A stretch of 64,000 nt of DNA from assembly GCA_963851265.1 (NCBI GenBank), contig CAWKNZ010000007.1:480001-544000 (forward strand), in the 5' to 3' direction. The position numbers and the translations under genes were made by a program. The stretch is from an uncultured Gemmatimonadales bacterium (lineage in GTDB: Bacteria > Gemmatimonadota > Gemmatimonadetes > Gemmatimonadales > Gemmatimonadaceae). Positions within the stretch are counted from its first letter, which is position 1; every line of letters begins with the position of its first letter. Below the pieces are notes generated by a model. It saw only the letters and a program-made list of their open reading frames with translations. It ran no database searches and was not told the origin of the DNA. This document shows positions 56,694 to 64,000 of this stretch, one piece after another.

Positions 56694-58838
56694 TCAAGGC
56701 CGCACGTCAGGCATGAGCTGCCGCGCGAAGTACGTGTACTCGAGCGCCGACGTGCGCGCCTGCTCGCGCAGGTTCGCGCCCGCGCCGTGGCCGCCCTCGG
56801 TCACCTCGTAGAACAGGTACGGGTCGCCCATCGCCGCCATGCGCGCCGCGAACTTGCGCGCGTGCTGGGGGCCGACGCGGTCGTCCTTCGTCGTCGTCCA
56901 GACGAACGGCGTCGGGTAGTGCACGCCCGGCTTGAGGTTCTGGTACGGCGAGATCGACGCGAGGAAGGCGCGCTCGTCGGGGTTCGACACGCTGCCGTAC
57001 TCGCCCACCCACGAGCTGCCCGCGTCGATGTGTTCGAAGCGGAGCATGTCGAGCAACGGCACCTGGATGTCGACGGCCCCCCACAGCTCGGGGTGTTGGG
57101 TGAACTCGACGCCCATCAACAGTCCGCCGTTCGAGCCGCCCATGATCCCGAGCCGGCGCGGACTCGTCACCCGCCGTGCGATCAGGTCGCGCGCGACGGC
57201 CGCGAAGTCGTCGTAGATGATCTGCCGGTGCGTCTTGAGCCCGGCCTCGTGCCATGCCGGCCCGAACTCGCCGCCGCCCCGGATGTTGGCGAGCACGAAC
57301 ACGCCGCCGCGCTCCAGCCAGAGCTTGCCGACCATCGCCTCGTAGTCGGGCGTGATCGACACTTCGAAGCCGCCGTACGCCGTGAGCACCGTCGGGTGAC
57401 TGCCGTCGAGCGCCATCCCCTTCGGGTGCACGACGAAATAAGGGATCTGCGTGCCGTCGGACGACGCGGCCTCGCGCTGCTCCACGGTGTCGCGCGACGC
57501 GTCGAACTGCGGCGGGAGCGTTCGCGCGACCGCGGCCGCCCCGCGGCGCGCGTCGACGGTCCACACGCTGCTCGGCGTGAGGAACCCGGCGACGTTCACG
57601 AACGCATCGTCCCCGTGCAGATCGCCGTCGGTGACGTCGGTGGCGCGGTTGTCGGGGAAGGGGACCGACTCGCGCGTCCACGTGCCGTCGGCGGCACGCG
57701 CGAGGCGAACGACGCGCCCGCGCACGTTCTCGTAGACGCTCGCGACGAGGCGGTCGCGCGTCGCCGCCACCGCGCCCACCGACTCGCGCGGCCCGGGCTC
57801 CAGCAGCGCGACGGGTGCAAGATGCTCGGGGTCGGCCGCCGCGCGCATCGCGTCGAACGACGCCAGCGAACCCGTGCGGATGCTCGCGCCACCGTCCGTC
57901 CATGCGTCCGACAGCTTCATGATCACCTGGCCGTCCACGAGTGCGACCGGATCCGCCTTGAGCGGAATCGCGAGCTTCGCCACCCCGGCCGGGCGCACGA
58001 GGTACTTCTCGAACTCGAACGTGCTGAGCGGACGCACGATCATCGAGACCCGGTGCCCCGCGCCGTCCTCCAGCGTCACCGGCGAGACGCCGTAGCCGCC
58101 GTCACGTGCCGACCCGCGGAAGACCTCCACCGCCGCCGACACCGGCTGGCCGCGCACGAGGCGCTTCACGATGTACGGATAGCCCGACGCGGTCAGCTCG
58201 CCCGGCTGCCACTCGCGCGACACGAGCACCGTGTCGGCGCCGACCCACGCGACGCGTTGCTTGCCGCGCGGCAGCACGAACCCGCCCCGCGCGAAGGCGC
58301 GCGTGCCCACGTCGAACTCGCGCACCGTGACCGCGTCCTCGCCCCCTTCGGAGAGCTCGACGAGACACCGGCGTTCGGCGGGCTCCGCGCACTGCGCGCC
58401 CTTCCACACCCAATTGGCGTGCTCTGCACGCGCGAGTGCGTCGAGGTCGAGCACCGTCGTCCACCGCGGTGACGCCGAGCGGTAGCTCGCGAGCGAGGTG
58501 CGCCGCCAGATGCCGCGCACGTGGGCGCTGTCCTGCCAGAAGTTGTAGAGCTGCCCGTCGAGGAACCGCGCGTACGGGATGCGGTCCCGCGCCTGCGCCA
58601 CCGCGAGTGCGTCGCGATAGAGCGAGGCGAACCGCGGATCCTTCTCCAGCACCGCGGTGGTCTTCGCGTTCTCGGCCTTCACCCAGGCCATGACCCGCGG
58701 GCCGTTCTGGTCTTCGAGCCAGAGGTACGGGTCCCCCGACGAGTCGGACGCGGGCGGCGTGGCGGGGGGCGCCTGCGCGCCCGCGGCGCGGGCCAGCGCG
58801 AGCGCGAGGACGGCGAGTCGAGCGCGATGATTCGGCAT
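56694..58838 (-). CDS. Prolyl oligopeptidase family (S9A) serine peptidase
   Basis: DPYLWLE, YGGF, NIRGGGE, GGSNGG, DDRV, GGHG; signal peptide. Confidence 0.95.
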   Translation of the reverse strand: MPNHRARLAVLALALARAAGAQAPPATPPASDSSGDPYLWLEDQNGPRVMAWVKAENAKTTAVLEKDPRFASLYRDALAVAQARDRIPYARFLDGQLYNFWQDSAHVRGIWRRTSLASYRSASPRWTTVLDLDALARAEHANWVWKGAQCAEPAERRCLVELSEGGEDAVTVREFDVGTRAFARGGFVLPRGKQRVAWVGADTVLVSREWQPGELTASGYPYIVKRLVRGQPVSAAVEVFRGSARDGGYGVSPVTLEDGAGHRVSMIVRPLSTFEFEKYLVRPAGVAKLAIPLKADPVALVDGQVIMKLSDAWTDGGASIRTGSLASFDAMRAAADPEHLAPVALLEPGPRESVGAVAATRDRLVASVYENVRGRVVRLARAADGTWTRESVPFPDNRATDVTDGDLHGDDAFVNVAGFLTPSSVWTVDARRGAAAVARTLPPQFDASRDTVEQREAASSDGTQIPYFVVHPKGMALDGSHPTVLTAYGGFEVSITPDYEAMVGKLWLERGGVFVLANIRGGGEFGPAWHEAGLKTHRQIIYDDFAAVARDLIARRVTSPRRLGIMGGSNGGLLMGVEFTQHPELWGAVDIQVPLLDMLRFEHIDAGSSWVGEYGSVSNPDERAFLASISPYQNLKPGVHYPTPFVWTTTKDDRVGPQHARKFAARMAAMGDPYLFYEVTEGGHGAGANLREQARTSALEYTYFARQLMPDVRP

Positions 58839-59011
58839 GGAACGGAGCGAAAGAGCGGGGTGGCGCGGCGTCCCACGATCTTACCGCCCGGGCGCGCCAT
58901 CCGTGGGCCGTGGGCATCGTCCCCGCTCCGCGCGATCCGGCCGACCGCGCGGATTGCGCGCTCGGCCGCGCGGGCGTACATACGCGTACCCTCACCCCGC
59001 GAGCCACCGTC

Positions 59012-60319
59012 ATGCGCCGCACCCTCGCCCTAGCCGCCCTGCTGCTTCCCGCGGCCGTCCGCGCCCAGGAACCCACCACCGCCGCCGCACTCGCCGCCCT
59101 GCACACGGCGATCGCGGCAGGCACCGAGCGCGTCACGCCCCGCGTCGTCGCGTGGCGCGAGGACGTGCACCAGCATCCCGAACTGGGCACGCAGGAGGTG
59201 CGCACGGCGAAGCTCGTCGCCGACCACCTCCGCGCGTTAGGCATCGAGGTCCGCACCGGCGTCGGCGGCCACGGCGTGGTGGGCGTGCTGCGCGGCGGCC
59301 GGCCCGGCAAGGTGGTCGCCCTCCGCGCCGACATGGACGCGCTGCCCGTGACCGAGATGGTCGACGTGCCCTTCCGCTCCACCGCGAGGGCGACGTACAA
59401 CGGGCGCGAGGTCGGCGTGATGCACGCATGCGGACACGACAACCACGTCGCGATCCTGATGGGTGTGGCCGAAGTGCTGGCCGGGGTCCGGACGCGGCTG
59501 CCGGGGTCGGTCGTGTTCCTCTTCCAGCCGGCCGAGGAAGGGCCGGGCGGCGCGAAGCCGATGATCGAGCAGGGGGCGATGGACGACCCCAGGGTGGACG
59601 CGGTGTTCGGGCTCCACGTGGTGCCCGACAGCCTCGGTCACGTCGGCTACCGCGCGGGTCCGATGATGGCGTCGTCGGACGAGTTCACCATCGTCGTGCA
59701 CGGCAAGCAGACGCACGGCGCGCACCCGTCGGGCGGCATCGACCCGATCGTCGTCGGCTCGGAGATCGTCCTCGCGGCCCAGACCATCGTCAGTCGGCAG
59801 ATCGATCTCGCACAGTCGATGGCCGTGCTCAGCTTCGGAATCTTCAACGGCGGGCTGCGCAACAACATCATTCCCGACAGCGTCTACCTGAACGGCACCA
59901 TCCGCACCCTCGACCCCGGCGTCAGGCAGCAGGTGATTCGGCGCCTCGTGACCACCGCGACGCACGTGGCGGAGGCGTCGGGCGCGACGGCCACGGTGCG
60001 CATCGATTCGGGCTACCCGGTCAACGTGAGCGACCCCGCGCTCACGGCGCGCATGCTGCCGACGCTGCGCTGGGCCGCGGGCGCCGCCGGCGTACACGAG
60101 ATGACCGCGGGGCTCGCCTCCGAGGACTTCTCGTACTTCGCGCAGCGCGCGCCCGGCATGTTCGTCAACCTGGGCGTCGTCCCCGCAGGTCAGGACCCGG
60201 CCAAGGCGGCCTCCAACCACTCGCCGCTCTTTTTCGCCGACGAGCACGCCCTGCCGGTCGGCGTGCGCACGATGGCGGGGCTCGCCGTCGACTACCTCGC
60301 CGGCACCGGCGGACGCTGA
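59012..60319 (+). CDS. M20D amidohydrolase (secreted)
   Basis: HQHPELG, LRADMDALP, MHACGHD, QPAEEG, SEDF, NHSP. Confidence 0.95.
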   Translation: MRRTLALAALLLPAAVRAQEPTTAAALAALHTAIAAGTERVTPRVVAWREDVHQHPELGTQEVRTAKLVADHLRALGIEVRTGVGGHGVVGVLRGGRPGKVVALRADMDALPVTEMVDVPFRSTARATYNGREVGVMHACGHDNHVAILMGVAEVLAGVRTRLPGSVVFLFQPAEEGPGGAKPMIEQGAMDDPRVDAVFGLHVVPDSLGHVGYRAGPMMASSDEFTIVVHGKQTHGAHPSGGIDPIVVGSEIVLAAQTIVSRQIDLAQSMAVLSFGIFNGGLRNNIIPDSVYLNGTIRTLDPGVRQQVIRRLVTTATHVAEASGATATVRIDSGYPVNVSDPALTARMLPTLRWAAGAAGVHEMTAGLASEDFSYFAQRAPGMFVNLGVVPAGQDPAKAASNHSPLFFADEHALPVGVRTMAGLAVDYLAGTGGR

Positions 60320-60381
60320 TCGCGGCGCTATATAGCGCAGCAGCTTCGCACGCCCGTCACGCCACCCCGCTCCCGCCCGCC

Positions 60382-61926
60382 ATGCACACTTTCACCCCCG
60401 TCCGCTACCTGCTCGCCGGCGCGCTCGTCGCGCTCTCGCGCGGTTCGCTCGCCGCCCAATCCGGCGCGGCGCGCGGTCAACTGCCCGCCGCGTACGCCGC
60501 CGTCCGCGAGGCCGACCTTCGGCGCGACGTCGGCGAGATGGCAGCGCCCGGGATGCGCGGCCGCGAGGGGGGGACGCTCGACGAGTTGCGCGCGTCGATG
60601 TGGGTCGCGGACCAGTACCGCCGCATCGGGCTGCAGCCGATGGGCCAGGACGGCACGTACTTCCAGTGGTTCGAGATGACGCGTACGCGCGTCTCGACCA
60701 CCGCCAGCCGCATGAGCATCGGCGGGCAGCCGGCGACGCTGTTCGGCGACGTCATCCCGCTGCTCGTCGTCCCGGCCGAGGCGTCCGGGCAGGTACTCTG
60801 GGTCCCCGACGCGTCGGACACCACGGTCGACGTGCGCGGTCGCATCGTCGCGACGCCGCTGCTCGCGCCGCCGGCGGCGGCGATCCGGGCCAACAGCTAC
60901 ACGTTCGCCTCGCGCTACGCGGACGCTGCGGTCGTCGCCACCACCTCGCGTTTCGCGCGGCGAGGCGCCGCGGCGCTCCTCCTGGTCGCGAGCCCGGCCG
61001 TCGACAGCGCGTTCCGCGTGGTGGCCGACGCGCGCGTTCGCGGCGCGTACGACGTGGACCGCGCCGTTCCGCGCGCGGCCACCGGTTCGGACCGCGTCGC
61101 GCCCCCGCCCGCGTTAGGCGCCGGCCCCACGCCCGCGTTCCTCGTGCGCGCGGCGATGCGCGGCGCGCTGGCGGCGCAACCGCGGGCCGAGCTCTCCGTA
61201 CGGCTGGAGCGATTCACCGCGCCCTCGGTCAACGTGATCGGCGTGGTGCGCGGCACGGACCCCCGGCTGCGCGACGAGTACGTCGTCTACAGCTCGCACC
61301 AGGACGCCAACGGCGTGCGCTACACGCTGGAGGGCGACTCGGTGCACGCGGGCGCCGACGACAACGCCTCGGTCACGGCCGCCGGCCTCGCGGCGGCGCG
61401 GGCGTTCATGCGCCAGCCCGCGAAACGCTCGGTGCTCTTCATCAACCACGGGTCGGAAGAGCGCGGCCTGCTCGGCTCGCGCTACCACGCCGCGCACCCG
61501 GTCGTGCCGATCGAGCGCCTGGTCGCCGTCATCAACGGCGACATGATCGGGCGCAACAGCCCCGACTCGGCGTCGCTGCTAGGCTCCCAGCCGCCGCACC
61601 GGAACTCCGACGACCTCGTCTCCATGGCGCTGCGCGCGAACGCCCTCACGGGACGGTTCATCCTCGACACGCTCTGGGACCGGCCGACGCACCCGGAGGG
61701 GTGGTACTTCCGGAGCGACCACGTGCCCTACGCGCGCCGCGGGGTGCCCGCGCTGATGTACACCACCGACCTGCACGACGACTACCACACGCCCCGCGAC
61801 CGGCCCGAGCGCATCGACTACCCGAAGCTGACGCGCATGGCGCAGTGGATGTACCTCACCGGATGGTTCGCCGCCAACGCGCCCGAGCGGCCGAAGATCG
61901 ACCCGGGGGCGAAGCTGGAGCGGTAG
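60382..61926 (+). CDS. M28 family peptidase (secreted)
   Basis: SSHQD, GADDNAS, EERGLLGS, NGDMIGR, RSDH, DYH. Confidence 0.92.
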   Translation: MHTFTPVRYLLAGALVALSRGSLAAQSGAARGQLPAAYAAVREADLRRDVGEMAAPGMRGREGGTLDELRASMWVADQYRRIGLQPMGQDGTYFQWFEMTRTRVSTTASRMSIGGQPATLFGDVIPLLVVPAEASGQVLWVPDASDTTVDVRGRIVATPLLAPPAAAIRANSYTFASRYADAAVVATTSRFARRGAAALLLVASPAVDSAFRVVADARVRGAYDVDRAVPRAATGSDRVAPPPALGAGPTPAFLVRAAMRGALAAQPRAELSVRLERFTAPSVNVIGVVRGTDPRLRDEYVVYSSHQDANGVRYTLEGDSVHAGADDNASVTAAGLAAARAFMRQPAKRSVLFINHGSEERGLLGSRYHAAHPVVPIERLVAVINGDMIGRNSPDSASLLGSQPPHRNSDDLVSMALRANALTGRFILDTLWDRPTHPEGWYFRSDHVPYARRGVPALMYTTDLHDDYHTPRDRPERIDYPKLTRMAQWMYLTGWFAANAPERPKIDPGAKLER

Positions 61927-62027
61927 GCGACCGGCGCGCGCAACGGCCGGCGTTCGCGCGTGGCAGGGACGGCCCACGCTTGCGCGGGCGTCGACCCATG
62001 CCTAGCGCGATCGCCAGCCCCCGCCGC

Positions 62028-64000
62028 TCACCAGATCCGCACCCGGGCCGTCGGCGCGAGGTAGAGCGCCTCGCCGGGCTGCACGGCGAACGGCGCGTAC
62101 CACGCGTCGAGGTTCCGCACCGTGAGCGCGCGCCACGGGGCGGGCGCGTGCGCGTTGGTCAGCAGCTGCCGCCGGAGCGCGGGCTCGCGGAACTTGCCGC
62201 GCCAGATCTGCGCCCAGCTCAGGAAGAACTGCTGGTCGCCTGTGAGCCCGCCCACCGTCGGCGCCGGCGCGCCGCCGAGCGAGGCGCGGAACGCGTCGTA
62301 CGCGGCGCTCACCCCGGCCAGGTCCGCGATGTCCTCGCTCAACGTCTGCTGGCCGTTGATCGCGAGGTCGGGCAGGGGGTGGTACGCGTCGTACTGCCGC
62401 GCCAGCGCCTGCGTCGAGGCCTGGAAGTGTGCCAGGTCCGCGGGCGTCCACCAGTTCCGCAGCCGTCCGTGCGCGTCGAAGTTCGCGCCGAGGTTGTCGA
62501 AGCTGTGGCTGATCTCGTGGCCGATCACCGCGCCGATGCCGCCGTAGTTCATCGCGTCCGCGCGCGACGCGTCGAAGAACGGCGGCTGCAGGATCGCGGC
62601 GGGGAAGTTGAGCACGTTCATCGCCGGCATGTTCACCGCATTGACCATCTGCGGCGTCATCACCCACTCGCCGCGGTCGACCGGTCGCCGGAGTCGGGCG
62701 AGGCTCCGCTCGTAGGCGAGGCGCTCCACCCGGTCGACGTTGCCGTACGCGTCGTCCGCCGCGACGCGCAGCCCCGCGTCGCTCGGCCAGCGGTCGGGGT
62801 AGCCCACGCTCACCTGCAACGTCCGGAGCTTCGCCTTCGCCTCCGCCTTCGTGGAGGGCGCCATCCAGTCGAGCGCGTCGATGCGGCGCTCGAACGCGCG
62901 GACGATGCCGGCCACCATCGTCTGCGCGCGCGCCTTCGCGCTGGCCGGGAAGTAGCGGTCGACGTACTGGTGACCGACGGCGAAGCCTAACAGTTCGCTC
63001 GTCGCGGCCACGGCGCGCCGGTCGCGGCCCATCTGGTCGGGCGCACCGCCCAACGTATTCCCGAAGAACGCGAACGCCTCGCGGTCGACGGCGGGCGGGA
63101 GGACGGCCGCGTGGTCCTCGACCGCGTGGTAGGCCAGCAGGGCCTTCCACGCGTCGAGCGGCTGACTCCCGGCGAGCGCGGCAATCCCCGTGATCGCGCT
63201 CGGCTGCCAGGCGACGACCGAATCCTGGTCGGCGATGCGCGCGGCCACGAAGAACGTCGCCCAGTCGAGCCCCGGCGCCTTGCGCGCGAAGTCCGCCCGC
63301 GCCCAGTGATTGTTGCCCTTGGCCGGATCCTCGCTGTCCTCGACCTTCCAGTGCACCTGCGCGATCCGCGTCTCGAGCGCGAGCACGGCGTCCGCGCGGG
63401 TGGCCGCCTCGTCGACGCCGGCGAGGGTGAGCATCCGCGCCACGTGGGCCCGGTACGCGTCGCGCGCGGCGGCCATCTTCGGCGCGGCGTCGAGGTAGTA
63501 GCTGCGGTCGGGGAGTTCGAGGCCGCCCTGCATCAGCGCGGCCGAGTTGCGCGTCGGGCGGTTGAAGTCCTGCGCGACCCAGAGCCCGAACGGGTTGCTC
63601 GTGTGGAGCGTGCCGAGGTTGATCGGGTCGACGTCGGCGCGGAGGTGTGCGCCCATGAAGCGGGCGAGCGCGCGGCGGTCGCCGATCGCGGCGATGCTGT
63701 CGAGCAACGGCCGGATGGGCGCCGACCCGCGCGCGGCGATCGCGGAAGTGTCGACGAAGCTCGTGTAGAAATCACCGATCCTGCGCAGGTCGGAGCCCGC
63801 CGGCGCGTGCGCCGCCGCCGCCTGGTGTACGATGGCGGTCAGCTGCGTATCCGCGCGCTCGCCGGCGATGTTGAACCCGCCGTAGCTGCTCCGGTCGGGC
63901 GGGATCGTCGTCCGGCGCTCCCACCCGCCGTTGGCATAGCGGTAGAAGTCATCGCCCGGACGCACCATCGTGTCCATGCCCGCGGCGTCGAGACCGGGCA
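62028..64000 (-). CDS. M13 family metallopeptidase (N-terminus beyond window end)
   Basis: PGDDFYRYANG, VNA, GHEISHSFD, EDIAD. Confidence 0.95.
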   Translation of the reverse strand, partial: PGLDAAGMDTMVRPGDDFYRYANGGWERRTTIPPDRSSYGGFNIAGERADTQLTAIVHQAAAAHAPAGSDLRRIGDFYTSFVDTSAIAARGSAPIRPLLDSIAAIGDRRALARFMGAHLRADVDPINLGTLHTSNPFGLWVAQDFNRPTRNSAALMQGGLELPDRSYYLDAAPKMAAARDAYRAHVARMLTLAGVDEAATRADAVLALETRIAQVHWKVEDSEDPAKGNNHWARADFARKAPGLDWATFFVAARIADQDSVVAWQPSAITGIAALAGSQPLDAWKALLAYHAVEDHAAVLPPAVDREAFAFFGNTLGGAPDQMGRDRRAVAATSELLGFAVGHQYVDRYFPASAKARAQTMVAGIVRAFERRIDALDWMAPSTKAEAKAKLRTLQVSVGYPDRWPSDAGLRVAADDAYGNVDRVERLAYERSLARLRRPVDRGEWVMTPQMVNAVNMPAMNVLNFPAAILQPPFFDASRADAMNYGGIGAVIGHEISHSFDNLGANFDAHGRLRNWWTPADLAHFQASTQALARQYDAYHPLPDLAINGQQTLSEDIADLAGVSAAYDAFRASLGGAPAPTVGGLTGDQQFFLSWAQIWRGKFREPALRRQLLTNAHAPAPWRALTVRNLDAWYAPFAVQPGEALYLAPTARVRIW

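Noticed and set aside
58837..61926. Apparent 1029-aa fusion ORF (similarly 25871-28879, 41892-44297, 9887-12568)
   Set aside because: The N-terminal parts are stop-free read-through of frames overlapping neighbouring genes; the real genes start at internal codons (60382, 27209, 43248, 10730)
2542..62991. GTTAGGC motif as telomere-like TTAGGC repeats or eukaryotic contamination
   Set aside because: Copies are single, dispersed and in frame within bacterial genes, never tandem

Overview
Very GC-rich bacterial DNA (roughly 75% GC by eye, not computed) with about 58 protein genes; no rRNA, tRNA, CRISPR array or mobile element was recognised. The style (Tat/Sec-exported peptidases, DUF1080, GMC, NIPSNAP) suggests Gemmatimonadota, which is inference only. 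The centrepiece (23.1-44.3 kb) is a near-complete tetrahydromethanopterin (H4MPT)/methylofuran-linked formaldehyde oxidation cluster: fae, MtdA/C-type mtd, orfY, fhcBADC, mch, orf5, orf7, orf17, orf9, orf21, orf22/mfnB, orf20, orf19 and mptG. It also carries a CExxHGH-type PTPS, an SDR with FxxxK instead of YxxxK (candidate for the missing dihydromethanopterin reductase), a pterin carbinolamine dehydratase, and an inserted proC with an attenuator-like leader. To the left are an orphan photoactive yellow protein, a LacI/MFS pair with twin operators, a CHAT protease with a small overlapping partner gene, a BluB-CobT fusion, fatty-acid genes and a GMC/DUF1080/Gfo-Idh-MocA glycoside module. To the right are two sensor kinases (one frameshifted), HtrA and a run of secreted peptidases. 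Across the whole window the heptamer GTTAGGC/GCCTAAC recurs at least 28 times and places rare TTA and CCT codons inside genes, which points to an uncharacterised genome-wide DNA signal.
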